32,000 bases of DNA from Nostoc sp. PCC 7120 = FACHB-418. Its GTDB lineage: Bacteria; Cyanobacteriota; Cyanobacteriia; Cyanobacteriales; Nostocaceae. A program made the translations under genes and the position numbers. Each line of letters starts with the position of its first letter. Within the stretch, counting starts at the first letter, position 1. The DNA is taken from the NCBI RefSeq assembly GCF_000009705.1, contig NC_003240.1:154615-186614 (forward strand). The letters run 5' to 3'. This document shows, piece after piece, positions 24,761-31,759 of this stretch. The notes below the pieces were generated by a model. It did no database searches, was not told the origin of the DNA, and worked only from the letters and a program-made list of their open reading frames with translations.

Positions 24761-25390
24761 CTATTTCTTCTGAGATTGCCCGGTTTTCGGCTGCGAGGAC
24801 TTCAACTGTCTCGGCTGCGGTGTCGATGTACCGACCAACAGAGGATGAGTCTCTTCCCCCCAGTTCACCTTGCCGAAAAAATCGTTATCAATACGCGAAT
24901 TGATTCGCTCTTGCGCCTGGTTGTAACCAGCCGCAACGGAAGTATTACCTTCAGCCAGCGAACTACTGCCATGAAAAACAAATTCTTCTAGAGCAAGTGT
25001 GGAAGATTCAAGCACTACTTTATGGCGTAATTCTCCTAACTGAATTCCCCTGTCTGCATCCCGATAAAGTATTCCTACAAAACTATCGGAGGAAGCTTGT
25101 TCTGGATCTACGCCAAATCGCTGTTTAATATACTCGCGCTTGTCGAACTTATGTTCGCCTACTTCTGATTTGCGATCGCGCATTGCAATCAAGTGCTGGG
25201 CAGCTTCTTCCAAGGACATACCTTCACGAGAAGCTATCTCTTTAAGTTGAACTAATTGCTGTTCGATTGTTTCGTCAAGCGTATCATTTGGCTGCAAAGC
25301 TAAATCTAACAACCGACAGCAGGTACGTACTACATCAAGCGACACCTGCAAAGTCTCTGCCACTTTGTTGATATGCTTCATTGCGCTCAA
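24761..25390 (-). CDS. hypothetical soluble protein
   Basis: 209-aa ORF. An ATG at 25381 is preceded by GGAG. No motif recognised. Confidence 0.6.
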   Translation of the reverse strand: MSAMKHINKVAETLQVSLDVVRTCCRLLDLALQPNDTLDETIEQQLVQLKEIASREGMSLEEAAQHLIAMRDRKSEVGEHKFDKREYIKQRFGVDPEQASSDSFVGILYRDADRGIQLGELRHKVVLESSTLALEEFVFHGSSSLAEGNTSVAAGYNQAQERINSRIDNDFFGKVNWGEETHPLLVGTSTPQPRQLKSSQPKTGQSQKK

Positions 25391-25748
25391 TTCTCCTAAT
25401 TACTGATTGCACAATTGGGTTATTTTTTTCTTCATCAGATATATGCTTGGTCAAAAAGTTATAAAGGGTTAAGCCATTGACTTTTTGTAAATAAGCATCT
25501 AAGCCACCAGCAGGAATTACTTGCTGTAAATATTCCTTATACGTCAACCGCCGAATTTTGGTAGCAACGTAGAAAACATCAGCAATCTCAACTGTTGCTG
25601 CATCAAAATATCCTCCCCGCTTTCGCGGTTTTACTATACCCGCATAGGGATACCACTTTTGTAAAGCAGAGATTGAAATTCCGTATCTTTCGGCAAGTGT
25701 TTTTTGGGTGTAGATAACGTTTTCACATATCATCAAACTCAATTCCAA
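25335..25748 (-). CDS. HTH DNA-binding protein (MerR/excisionase-like), first gene of the envelope operon
   Basis: YTQKTLAERYGISISALQKWY. The likely ATG start is at 25733; the listed start is TTG. Confidence 0.6.
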   Translation of the reverse strand: MELSLMICENVIYTQKTLAERYGISISALQKWYPYAGIVKPRKRGGYFDAATVEIADVFYVATKIRRLTYKEYLQQVIPAGGLDAYLQKVNGLTLYNFLTKHISDEEKNNPIVQSVIRRIERNEAYQQSGRDFAGVA

Positions 25749-25790
25749 GTGAAAGACAACATCAATGAGAAGCGAATTAAACTAGCGCAT

Positions 25791-25843
25791 TACTAAACTG
25801 TTTATAAATTAGAAAATAATTTACCAAATATGCCAGTTTAGTA
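25791..25843. promoter_or_regulatory. nested inverted repeats upstream of the envelope operon (candidate operator or transfer-origin structure)
   Basis: tactaaactg (25791-25800) pairs with cagtttagta (25834-25843). The inner pair is taaatta (25805-25811) with taattta (25817-25823). Confidence 0.35.
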
Positions 25844-26124
25844 CAGGTATAGCTCAACTCAAATACATCTATAGTTCAACCTATCTCCAAATAAACTGCA
25901 CACTAGCCAAGTTACATACTGCCTGTTGATAATGCAAGCACGTTTGTATATATGAGTAAAAACAATAAAAAAAATACTCTTTTAATAAAAAATTACTCTA
26001 ACAGAAATATATAACGAAATATGGGACTTAATAGCCTGTGAGAAGTTCATCGAACTTTTACCCATTTATCTTGCAGTATCATGTTATGAAAATACTTGCC
26101 TTCACAATCTAATAACTGCAAAGC

Positions 26125-26712
26125 TTACTCTTGTTGAGAAATAGCCTGCTGCTGTTTCTTTACCGCGCGAGCTATCAGAGGGGCTTTTTTCTCTAATCCT
26201 TGTAGAGTCAAATCACCATCCAAATAAAGTTGATACCATTGTTGACGCTGGCGCAAGACTCTTTCGTCATCCCGTAACCGCAACCGTTCCAAAGTAAATT
26301 CTGCCCTTTGAAGTTGTTGCGGAGGAACTTTATCTGTTAATACTAATTGTAGGGAAGGAAGTAAAATTTCAAATTAATCTTCTCCCAAATCAAAAGGATC
26401 AAGCACCTGGTCGTCAAGTGTACCTTTACTACTATTAATCCAAGCAGAAGCAAAGCGTAAATTGCTCCATTCGTAAGCTAAATTGCGATAATTTTCACGG
26501 CTGCGATAATGATCTACTGTACCAACTGGTTCATACATAACGCTATAGCCACAAAGATTATTAAATCCATCGGCTAAAGAACTTTTGAAAGGCGACCAAT
26601 AATCTCTGGTTCCTTTTTTGGGATCAGGATTTTTTTCCAACCAAGCATTTCCCGGTTGTCGCACTTTTTCATCAAAATTACGCGGTTCTGGAGGAGGATT
26701 AAATGGCATCAT
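26125..26712 (-). pseudogene. PtuB-like (TIGR02646-type) HNH-family gene interrupted by an in-frame TAA
   Basis: CGYSVMYE..TVDHYRS..LAYEWSNLRFASAWINSSKG, then TAA at 26374-26376, then 82 further sense codons in the same frame (FEILLPSLQLVLTDKVPPQQLQRAEFTLERLRLRDD...). An ATG at 26712 lies 5 nt after the ATPase stop. Confidence 0.6.
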
Positions 26713-26717
26713 CTGTG

Positions 26718-27908
26718 TTATACCTCTGATAACCCAAAATTTCTTTTCTCCGTTGTAACTATCCAACGGGGCCAAAATGGGTCATGTCCTGGTAAAACTC
26801 TTTGAAGTTCCTGATGGATTTGTGTTGGTCTTCTCAAGTGTTCTGGAAACGCATTCATATCATCATTACGCATCCAAGCCTCTGCTGCTTCAATTGCGAT
26901 TTCTGCTTCTTTGGAACGGGCTTGTTTGAGACCAAAAATTTCTGAGGTTAACCATCCAACTGTATCCCCTTGTTTTGACCAAGGTACTTCATCAAGGCTA
27001 ACTTCTCTATCTTGTAATTTAAATAAAAATAGTTGATCTTCTTGCTCATTAAAATTTGGCTCTAAGGAAGCAAGAACAAGTGGAGAATGAGTAGTTACTA
27101 AAGCCTGTATCTTCATCCTGGGTTGTAATTCTTTCACTACAGCTAAAATAGCTGGTAGAATCACTCTCTGCCAACGAGGATGTAAATGAGATTCAATTTC
27201 ATCAATTAGTAAAACTATCTGATTTACTGGCTTTTGTTGCCGTAATTCAGCAGCTTTTTTATGTTCGTACCAAGTCCACACTAGTAAATAAGCTAGTCCC
27301 AGAATACGCTTCATTCCGGCTGATGTTTGAGTGACAGGAACATTCCCATAAGGTAGGTTAACTGTAGGAATATCGCGCACATCTTCAATGGAAACTCGCG
27401 TTGGCTCTCCCACTTCTATCCATTCTGAAGGGTGAGGTGCAAGTTTTTTAATAACATTAGAAAATAGTTGAAATGGATATTTATTTGGTTGATTTTGCCA
27501 TGTTACCCAATCTTGAATTAAACCATTACAAAGAACTTTGTTTTTTGATTTTAATCCATTCCAGAGTGTATTTGGATTAAAATTATAAGCAATATCGCGT
27601 TGGCGAGCTGGGTCAAAAACAGAAAAACTACCATCAACCCGTACATAAATAACGACCTCTTTTAATAAAGGAGGCATTTGTAAACTACGCCATTTTTGTT
27701 CAGAAAAATCAAAGTAACTCTGATATTCTCTTATATCTTTTTTATTGCTAACTATTCCTGTAATTTGCGGATTTTCACCTCTAACTTGCTGTGGGTATGC
27801 TGGTTGTTCTACCCAATTTGTAGTCATCACCCACCAAGCGATATCTAGTAACAACCGCATAACGGCATTTGGTTGTAAATAATCTAACACTCCATCTACT
27901 GAAACCAA
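26718..27908 (-). CDS. ABC-type (AAA_15/AAA_21-like) ATPase, PtuA-like, with degenerate Walker A; possibly a pseudogene
   Basis: Signature-like TSAGMKRILGLAYLL, Walker B/D-loop VLLIDEIESHLHP and H-loop LVTTHSPLV. LQPNAVMRLLLDIAWW sits where G-x-N-G-x-GKS-x-LL-x-A is expected. The only start is TTG. Confidence 0.7.
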   Translation of the reverse strand: MVSVDGVLDYLQPNAVMRLLLDIAWWVMTTNWVEQPAYPQQVRGENPQITGIVSNKKDIREYQSYFDFSEQKWRSLQMPPLLKEVVIYVRVDGSFSVFDPARQRDIAYNFNPNTLWNGLKSKNKVLCNGLIQDWVTWQNQPNKYPFQLFSNVIKKLAPHPSEWIEVGEPTRVSIEDVRDIPTVNLPYGNVPVTQTSAGMKRILGLAYLLVWTWYEHKKAAELRQQKPVNQIVLLIDEIESHLHPRWQRVILPAILAVVKELQPRMKIQALVTTHSPLVLASLEPNFNEQEDQLFLFKLQDREVSLDEVPWSKQGDTVGWLTSEIFGLKQARSKEAEIAIEAAEAWMRNDDMNAFPEHLRRPTQIHQELQRVLPGHDPFWPRWIVTTEKRNFGLSEV

Positions 27909-28036
27909 CCGTAAGGTTTTAGGAGCGTAAAGTTTTGTCAGTTCAAGTTCTGCTAAATTGCGATCGCAAAAATAATTTAACTGTAGATTTGGGTACAGCT
28001 TTTAAATAACCCAACCCATACAGCCCGACGAATTAC

Positions 28037-28297
28037 CTAACTGTCAGAATCAAGGCTAGCTTCCAATTCTTCTATAGAAATATCTTTATATCGTGCATAT
28101 TCTGCGAGTTGCTGATTAATAGTTTCAAAATTTGCTTCTATCCTTGCGGCAATGATTTGGGCAGCAAACGCAGCAGGGGAACGACCCCGAAGCTTTGCCC
28201 AAAGCTTTAACTTCCGAAAGTCATAGGGGGATAGGGTAATTGAAAAACGAACGTTTTCCTCTGCCATGTCTAATACTTCTTCTAGCTGTGTCTTCAT
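28037..28297 (-). CDS. ribbon-helix-helix (CopG/Arc/MetJ-type) DNA-binding protein
   Basis: ENVRFSITLSPYDFRKLKLWAKLRGRSPAAFAAQIIAARIE has the typical RHH beta-strand plus two helices. Confidence 0.8.
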   Translation of the reverse strand: MKTQLEEVLDMAEENVRFSITLSPYDFRKLKLWAKLRGRSPAAFAAQIIAARIEANFETINQQLAEYARYKDISIEELEASLDSDS

Positions 28298-28381
28298 TAA
28301 TGTACATCCTCTTTATTATCTCTGGCGATGGTCTAGTGATGCTTTAAAGAATCTATTCTGTCATTTTAGCGTTAAAGTTGC

Positions 28382-28411
28382 TTGACAGACTCTCTAGAGA
28401 GTCTCTAGAGT
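28382..28411 (+). promoter_or_regulatory. candidate promoter (TTGACA, 18 nt, TAGAGT) overlapped by a palindromic operator
   Basis: TTGACA at 28382-28387. An 18-bp perfect palindrome agactctctagagagtct lies at 28387-28404. The palindromic octamer CTCTAGAG occurs at 28392-28399 and 28403-28410, 11 bp apart. Confidence 0.5.
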
Positions 28412-28537
28412 TATATTTATCTGAATCAAATTTACGTACAAACGAAAAAAATCTTGAAAGACAAGGAAAAATTCAATTTCAGCTTTGAGCCAAAAAGTTA
28501 AATATCAAGAATCTTTGGCCTATATGGAATCTCTGCC

Positions 28538-29125
28538 ATGAACCACTACAGCACCCTCAAAATCCTCCCAACTCAAGGTTTAGAACCCAGACTATTCTTA
28601 CGTTACTGCTTCGGTATAGCCGAACTTAGTCCCCCAGAACTTCTCGAAGAAGAAACCGACTCGCAATACCGCAAAAAATGTATCACTGTACTATGTGCAG
28701 TCTTAGGGGTACAAAGACCAACAGTTCGTAAGTGGGGGAGCGATCTCAACTTTGACGGAATACCCAATTACTGCAAAGTTTCACTTGCTTACATTCACGC
28801 CGCCGAAATCGTACCAAACCAGCTAAATAGCATCTTGACAGGAGAATACAATGCACCGGAAGTAGATGCTCAAACCTTTCTAGAAAAAATACTCCTTGAA
28901 GGGTTAACTGAAAAACAAATACTGCAAACTGTTTCTCACGCCAATTTTCGCGCAACTTGTGTCAAAACCCTCACGCAAGTATTACATATTGGCACAAAGT
29001 CAGTCCAAGATTGGGGTCAGGATATGTCGTTTCACAGAATGCCCAAAATTCACAAGTACACCTTGGGTTATGCCTTGGCTGCTATCTCCAAATCATCAAA
29101 AGCTTGGGACAAACAAGCAGCTTGA
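28538..29125 (+). CDS. hypothetical protein made of two tandem HTH-like repeats
   Basis: YRKKCITVLCAVLGVQRPTVRKWGSDLNFDGIPNYCKVSLAYIHAA aligns with FRATCVKTLTQVLHIGTKSVQDWGQDMSFHRMPKIHKYTLGYALAA. Confidence 0.7.
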   Translation: MNHYSTLKILPTQGLEPRLFLRYCFGIAELSPPELLEEETDSQYRKKCITVLCAVLGVQRPTVRKWGSDLNFDGIPNYCKVSLAYIHAAEIVPNQLNSILTGEYNAPEVDAQTFLEKILLEGLTEKQILQTVSHANFRATCVKTLTQVLHIGTKSVQDWGQDMSFHRMPKIHKYTLGYALAAISKSSKAWDKQAA

Positions 29126-29197
29126 ATTATTTGCAGTGAATTAAATAGGTAAGTGGTCTTTTAAGACCAACGAAATTAATGCAAAGAGAATTCTATC

Positions 29198-30307
29198 ATG
29201 CCAGGAACTATCGCATCAATCCCTTACTCCCAACAGCATCAATTAGATCCAAATCCAACCGCACATATCGAAACCAGCAGTCTGGAATATTTGCACGCCG
29301 CTTTCCTACTCTACGAATACAAAACCACCTATAGCAAGAAAGAATACCGAACCTTGCTCGATACATACGGTTGGGATAAAGGAAGCTCTGAGGAAAAACG
29401 AGCGCTCAAAATAGCCGAAAACTTCCAAGAATTTTTAACTTGTCCTCAACACCTAGCCGCAATTCCAGTAACAATACTTCTCAGGCTGTGTTTTCCTCAA
29501 TACAAGCTAATTATCAGTCAGCTACAGGATTATCCTATTGGGGGATTGACCTGCAAACTGGTACTGGAGTTAATCGAAGAGAGGAAAGCCCTCCTTAAAA
29601 CCCAAAAGCAGGAACAACAAAAGCAGATATCAATCTGGCGCAGAACTCCAAAAGGCGATCGCTACTGTCAATTCCCTCCTCAGTTGGAAGAAGACCACCA
29701 AACAGGGGTACTTACACAGGAATTGATTGACGGATATGGGCTACTCCCTCAGCAAATTCTTCGTGAAGCGATCGCAGATTATCACGCCAAAATCAAATCC
29801 CAAGAAAAAGAGCAGCCCCAGGAAGAGACTGCTGAATCTGAAGTGGTTGAGTCGAGTATGCTTCCACAATTAGAAACATCCCCAACAGAGAGCGAAAAAG
29901 CTATAGAAGTTAACTCCAGGCTAAAACAAAACGAACAAACCAGCACCAGTAACGCTACAGAAGAGCCGCCAGTTGGAGAAGAAGTGTTAATGCTGGCAGA
30001 AAAACTCAAATCAGCCACCAGTTATTATCAAATTAGAAGTGCTATATACAGGCATCTGGCTGTTAAAGATGAAGCTTGGAAGCAGCTTTCCCCAGAAGAA
30101 CAGTTAAGAATTGAAAGATTGTTGCCCCAGGAAGTATTAGCTCTAACAACAGCCAGAGAAGCAGGTTTAATTATTGACTACTATGAGTTAGAAACTGGCT
30201 GGTTTCAAGTATTTATTGCAGGTGAAGATAAGCCTGTAAGCATTAGTAAATCAAATGTAATTAATTGGATACAGGAACAAGAAAGACTCAACTGCGTAAC
30301 TACATAA
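29198..30307 (+). CDS. hypothetical protein
   Basis: 369-aa ATG ORF downstream of the previous gene. Contains two HIP1 sites. No motif recognised. Confidence 0.65.
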   Translation: MPGTIASIPYSQQHQLDPNPTAHIETSSLEYLHAAFLLYEYKTTYSKKEYRTLLDTYGWDKGSSEEKRALKIAENFQEFLTCPQHLAAIPVTILLRLCFPQYKLIISQLQDYPIGGLTCKLVLELIEERKALLKTQKQEQQKQISIWRRTPKGDRYCQFPPQLEEDHQTGVLTQELIDGYGLLPQQILREAIADYHAKIKSQEKEQPQEETAESEVVESSMLPQLETSPTESEKAIEVNSRLKQNEQTSTSNATEEPPVGEEVLMLAEKLKSATSYYQIRSAIYRHLAVKDEAWKQLSPEEQLRIERLLPQEVLALTTAREAGLIIDYYELETGWFQVFIAGEDKPVSISKSNVINWIQEQERLNCVTT

Positions 30308-30360
30308 ATCACCACAATCAACTAACGCCTCAGCTTTCAAATTAATCTAAAAAAGCATAA

Positions 30361-30693
30361 ATGGAATTGTCAGGAAAAATACCCTCAATTCCTTGCTGCA
30401 ACCTGATTGAGCTATCTCGTCCGCTTGGAAATGAGAAACATCAAGCTCGTTATTACTTAGGTTCGTGCGCGAACCTCAAGAAAAGATTTCAGCAGCATCT
30501 ACAAGGGTCTGGAGCAGCATTTACTCGTGCTGCGATAAAACGCGGCATTGAATTCAAAATTGTCCATGTGTGGAAAACTTCAAGTAAACAAGAAGCCCGT
30601 CAGCTTGAAATTCAACTCAAACGATATAAAAACCATGCACAACTATTAAGGAGAGTGCAAAATGCCAAAACGAATTCGACAAAAACTAGGTAG
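30361..30693 (+). CDS. small GIY-YIG-domain nuclease
   Basis: ARYYLGSCANLKKRFQQHLQGSGAAFTR ... KQEARQLEIQLKRYK fits the GIY-YIG (URI) pattern. Confidence 0.75.
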   Translation: MELSGKIPSIPCCNLIELSRPLGNEKHQARYYLGSCANLKKRFQQHLQGSGAAFTRAAIKRGIEFKIVHVWKTSSKQEARQLEIQLKRYKNHAQLLRRVQNAKTNSTKTR

Positions 30694-30967
30694 ATACAAT
30701 TTGAAACATAAGTTACGTGGGAAAGTTTTGCTATCAAAGGTTACAAGCTTTAGTTGCTATCAACAAAACCATCAAGAAAAAACCTGTACAACTGCAAGGA
30801 AATTCATTCGCAATAACAATATTCAACCGCCATGCGTTATCACGGTACTCAAGATATCGGGTAGTGAGGAAAAATTTTTCTTGTCAAACAATGGACTGTT
30901 TAGTTATAAATATGCAATTGAAAATCACAAATTATTTTCACCAGAAATAGCGTCAATTGCTAGTTAA
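30662..30967 (+). CDS. questionable small basic ORF
   Basis: 101-aa ORF overlapping the GIY-YIG 3' end by 32 nt. No motif, and a competing ORF exists in another frame. Confidence 0.25.
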   Translation: MPKRIRQKLGRYNLKHKLRGKVLLSKVTSFSCYQQNHQEKTCTTARKFIRNNNIQPPCVITVLKISGSEEKFFLSNNGLFSYKYAIENHKLFSPEIASIAS

Positions 30968-31154
30968 AATTGACTAGAATCTGAATCTATTACAGCCTGT
31001 CAAATATGGCAGGCGAAAAATCAATAAGGCTTACTCAACCAAGTTCATGAATATAGATGACAGTATTATTAAATTTTTATTTTATATAAAATTTTTAATT
31101 GATGATTACCAGGATTTTATTAATTTTTGCAGTTAAGCTAATTCAACTAGCTCT

Positions 31155-31745
31155 TCAACGAGAAGAAATTCTTTTTCGCGCTCCAGTAACATTAATACGC
31201 ATATTGATAACTTCCTTGCTAACGCGATAATATTCAACAGCCTCATCTATTGTCATTCCAGTTTTAACGATATAAAGCGCCGCTTCTTCTGAAATTAAAA
31301 GTGCCGGACCTAACCAGTTTGCCTCATTTTCATATTCTTGGTTAAAATTCCGACACCCGTATTCGTTCAAAAATTTATCTGGTTTATGTTGAAGAATACC
31401 ATGACTTAACTCGTGAGAAACATTGGAAGCCTGACGTAGAAGGCCATGAGCATCATTGTGAACAATTAGTCTTCGCGTACCATCAAACACTGTTACCGCA
31501 GAAAAACTTTTTGTGTCTTTTTTTGTTAAGTAGCCAACTTCTTCAGGAAATTCATTTTGAAATTCAGATAGTGGAACAATGGGAATTGCTAAATGTTCAG
31601 CAAGCTGCCAAGGGCATAAAGGCTCGCTTGATTTTATACCAAGCTCCTCTCTAAACTCCTTGGCATAAGCACTTGCCTCCTTCTTAAAGCCACGACGGAA
31701 TTTCACCTTATCTGGCATAAGCTTTTGCCTCCTTGCTAAAACCAC
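31155..31745 (-). CDS. ImmA/IrrE-family zinc metallopeptidase
   Basis: HELSHGILQH (HExxH) in a ~195-aa protein directly downstream of an XRE-like gene. Confidence 0.85.
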   Translation of the reverse strand: MVLARRQKLMPDKVKFRRGFKKEASAYAKEFREELGIKSSEPLCPWQLAEHLAIPIVPLSEFQNEFPEEVGYLTKKDTKSFSAVTVFDGTRRLIVHNDAHGLLRQASNVSHELSHGILQHKPDKFLNEYGCRNFNQEYENEANWLGPALLISEEAALYIVKTGMTIDEAVEYYRVSKEVINMRINVTGARKRISSR

Positions 31746-31759
31746 AGTGTAATATCATC

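Noticed and set aside
26374-26376. The in-frame TAA considered as programmed stop-codon read-through or recoding.
   Set aside because: TAA is the least leaky stop codon, and no recoding signal is evident. The partner ATPase also shows inactivating features, so a plain nonsense mutation is the simpler explanation.
1037-30018. Many ORFs in the supplied track lie antisense to, or out of frame within, longer well-supported genes. These include 1037..1423, 2187..2606, 2640..3005, 2953..3138, 3327..3764, 5820..6026, 6054..6378, 8640..9178, 10784..11005, 11413..11610, 12104..12421, 12758..12958, 13858..14055, 16215..16820, 17261..17488, 18827..19042, 19614..19808, 19992..20240, 21397..21694, 21786..22040, 22155..22405, 22511..22780, 24250..24450, 24776..24991, 28746..29144 and 29782..30018.
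   Set aside because: They are shadow ORFs. Each overlaps a longer ORF that carries recognisable motifs or operon context. Their products are low-complexity or compositionally odd, and none has a recognisable motif.
30717-30950. A 77-aa ORF in an alternative frame to 30662..30967.
   Set aside because: It competes with another weak ORF in the same short stretch. Neither has motifs, and at most one can be real. Only the longer one is listed, at low confidence.
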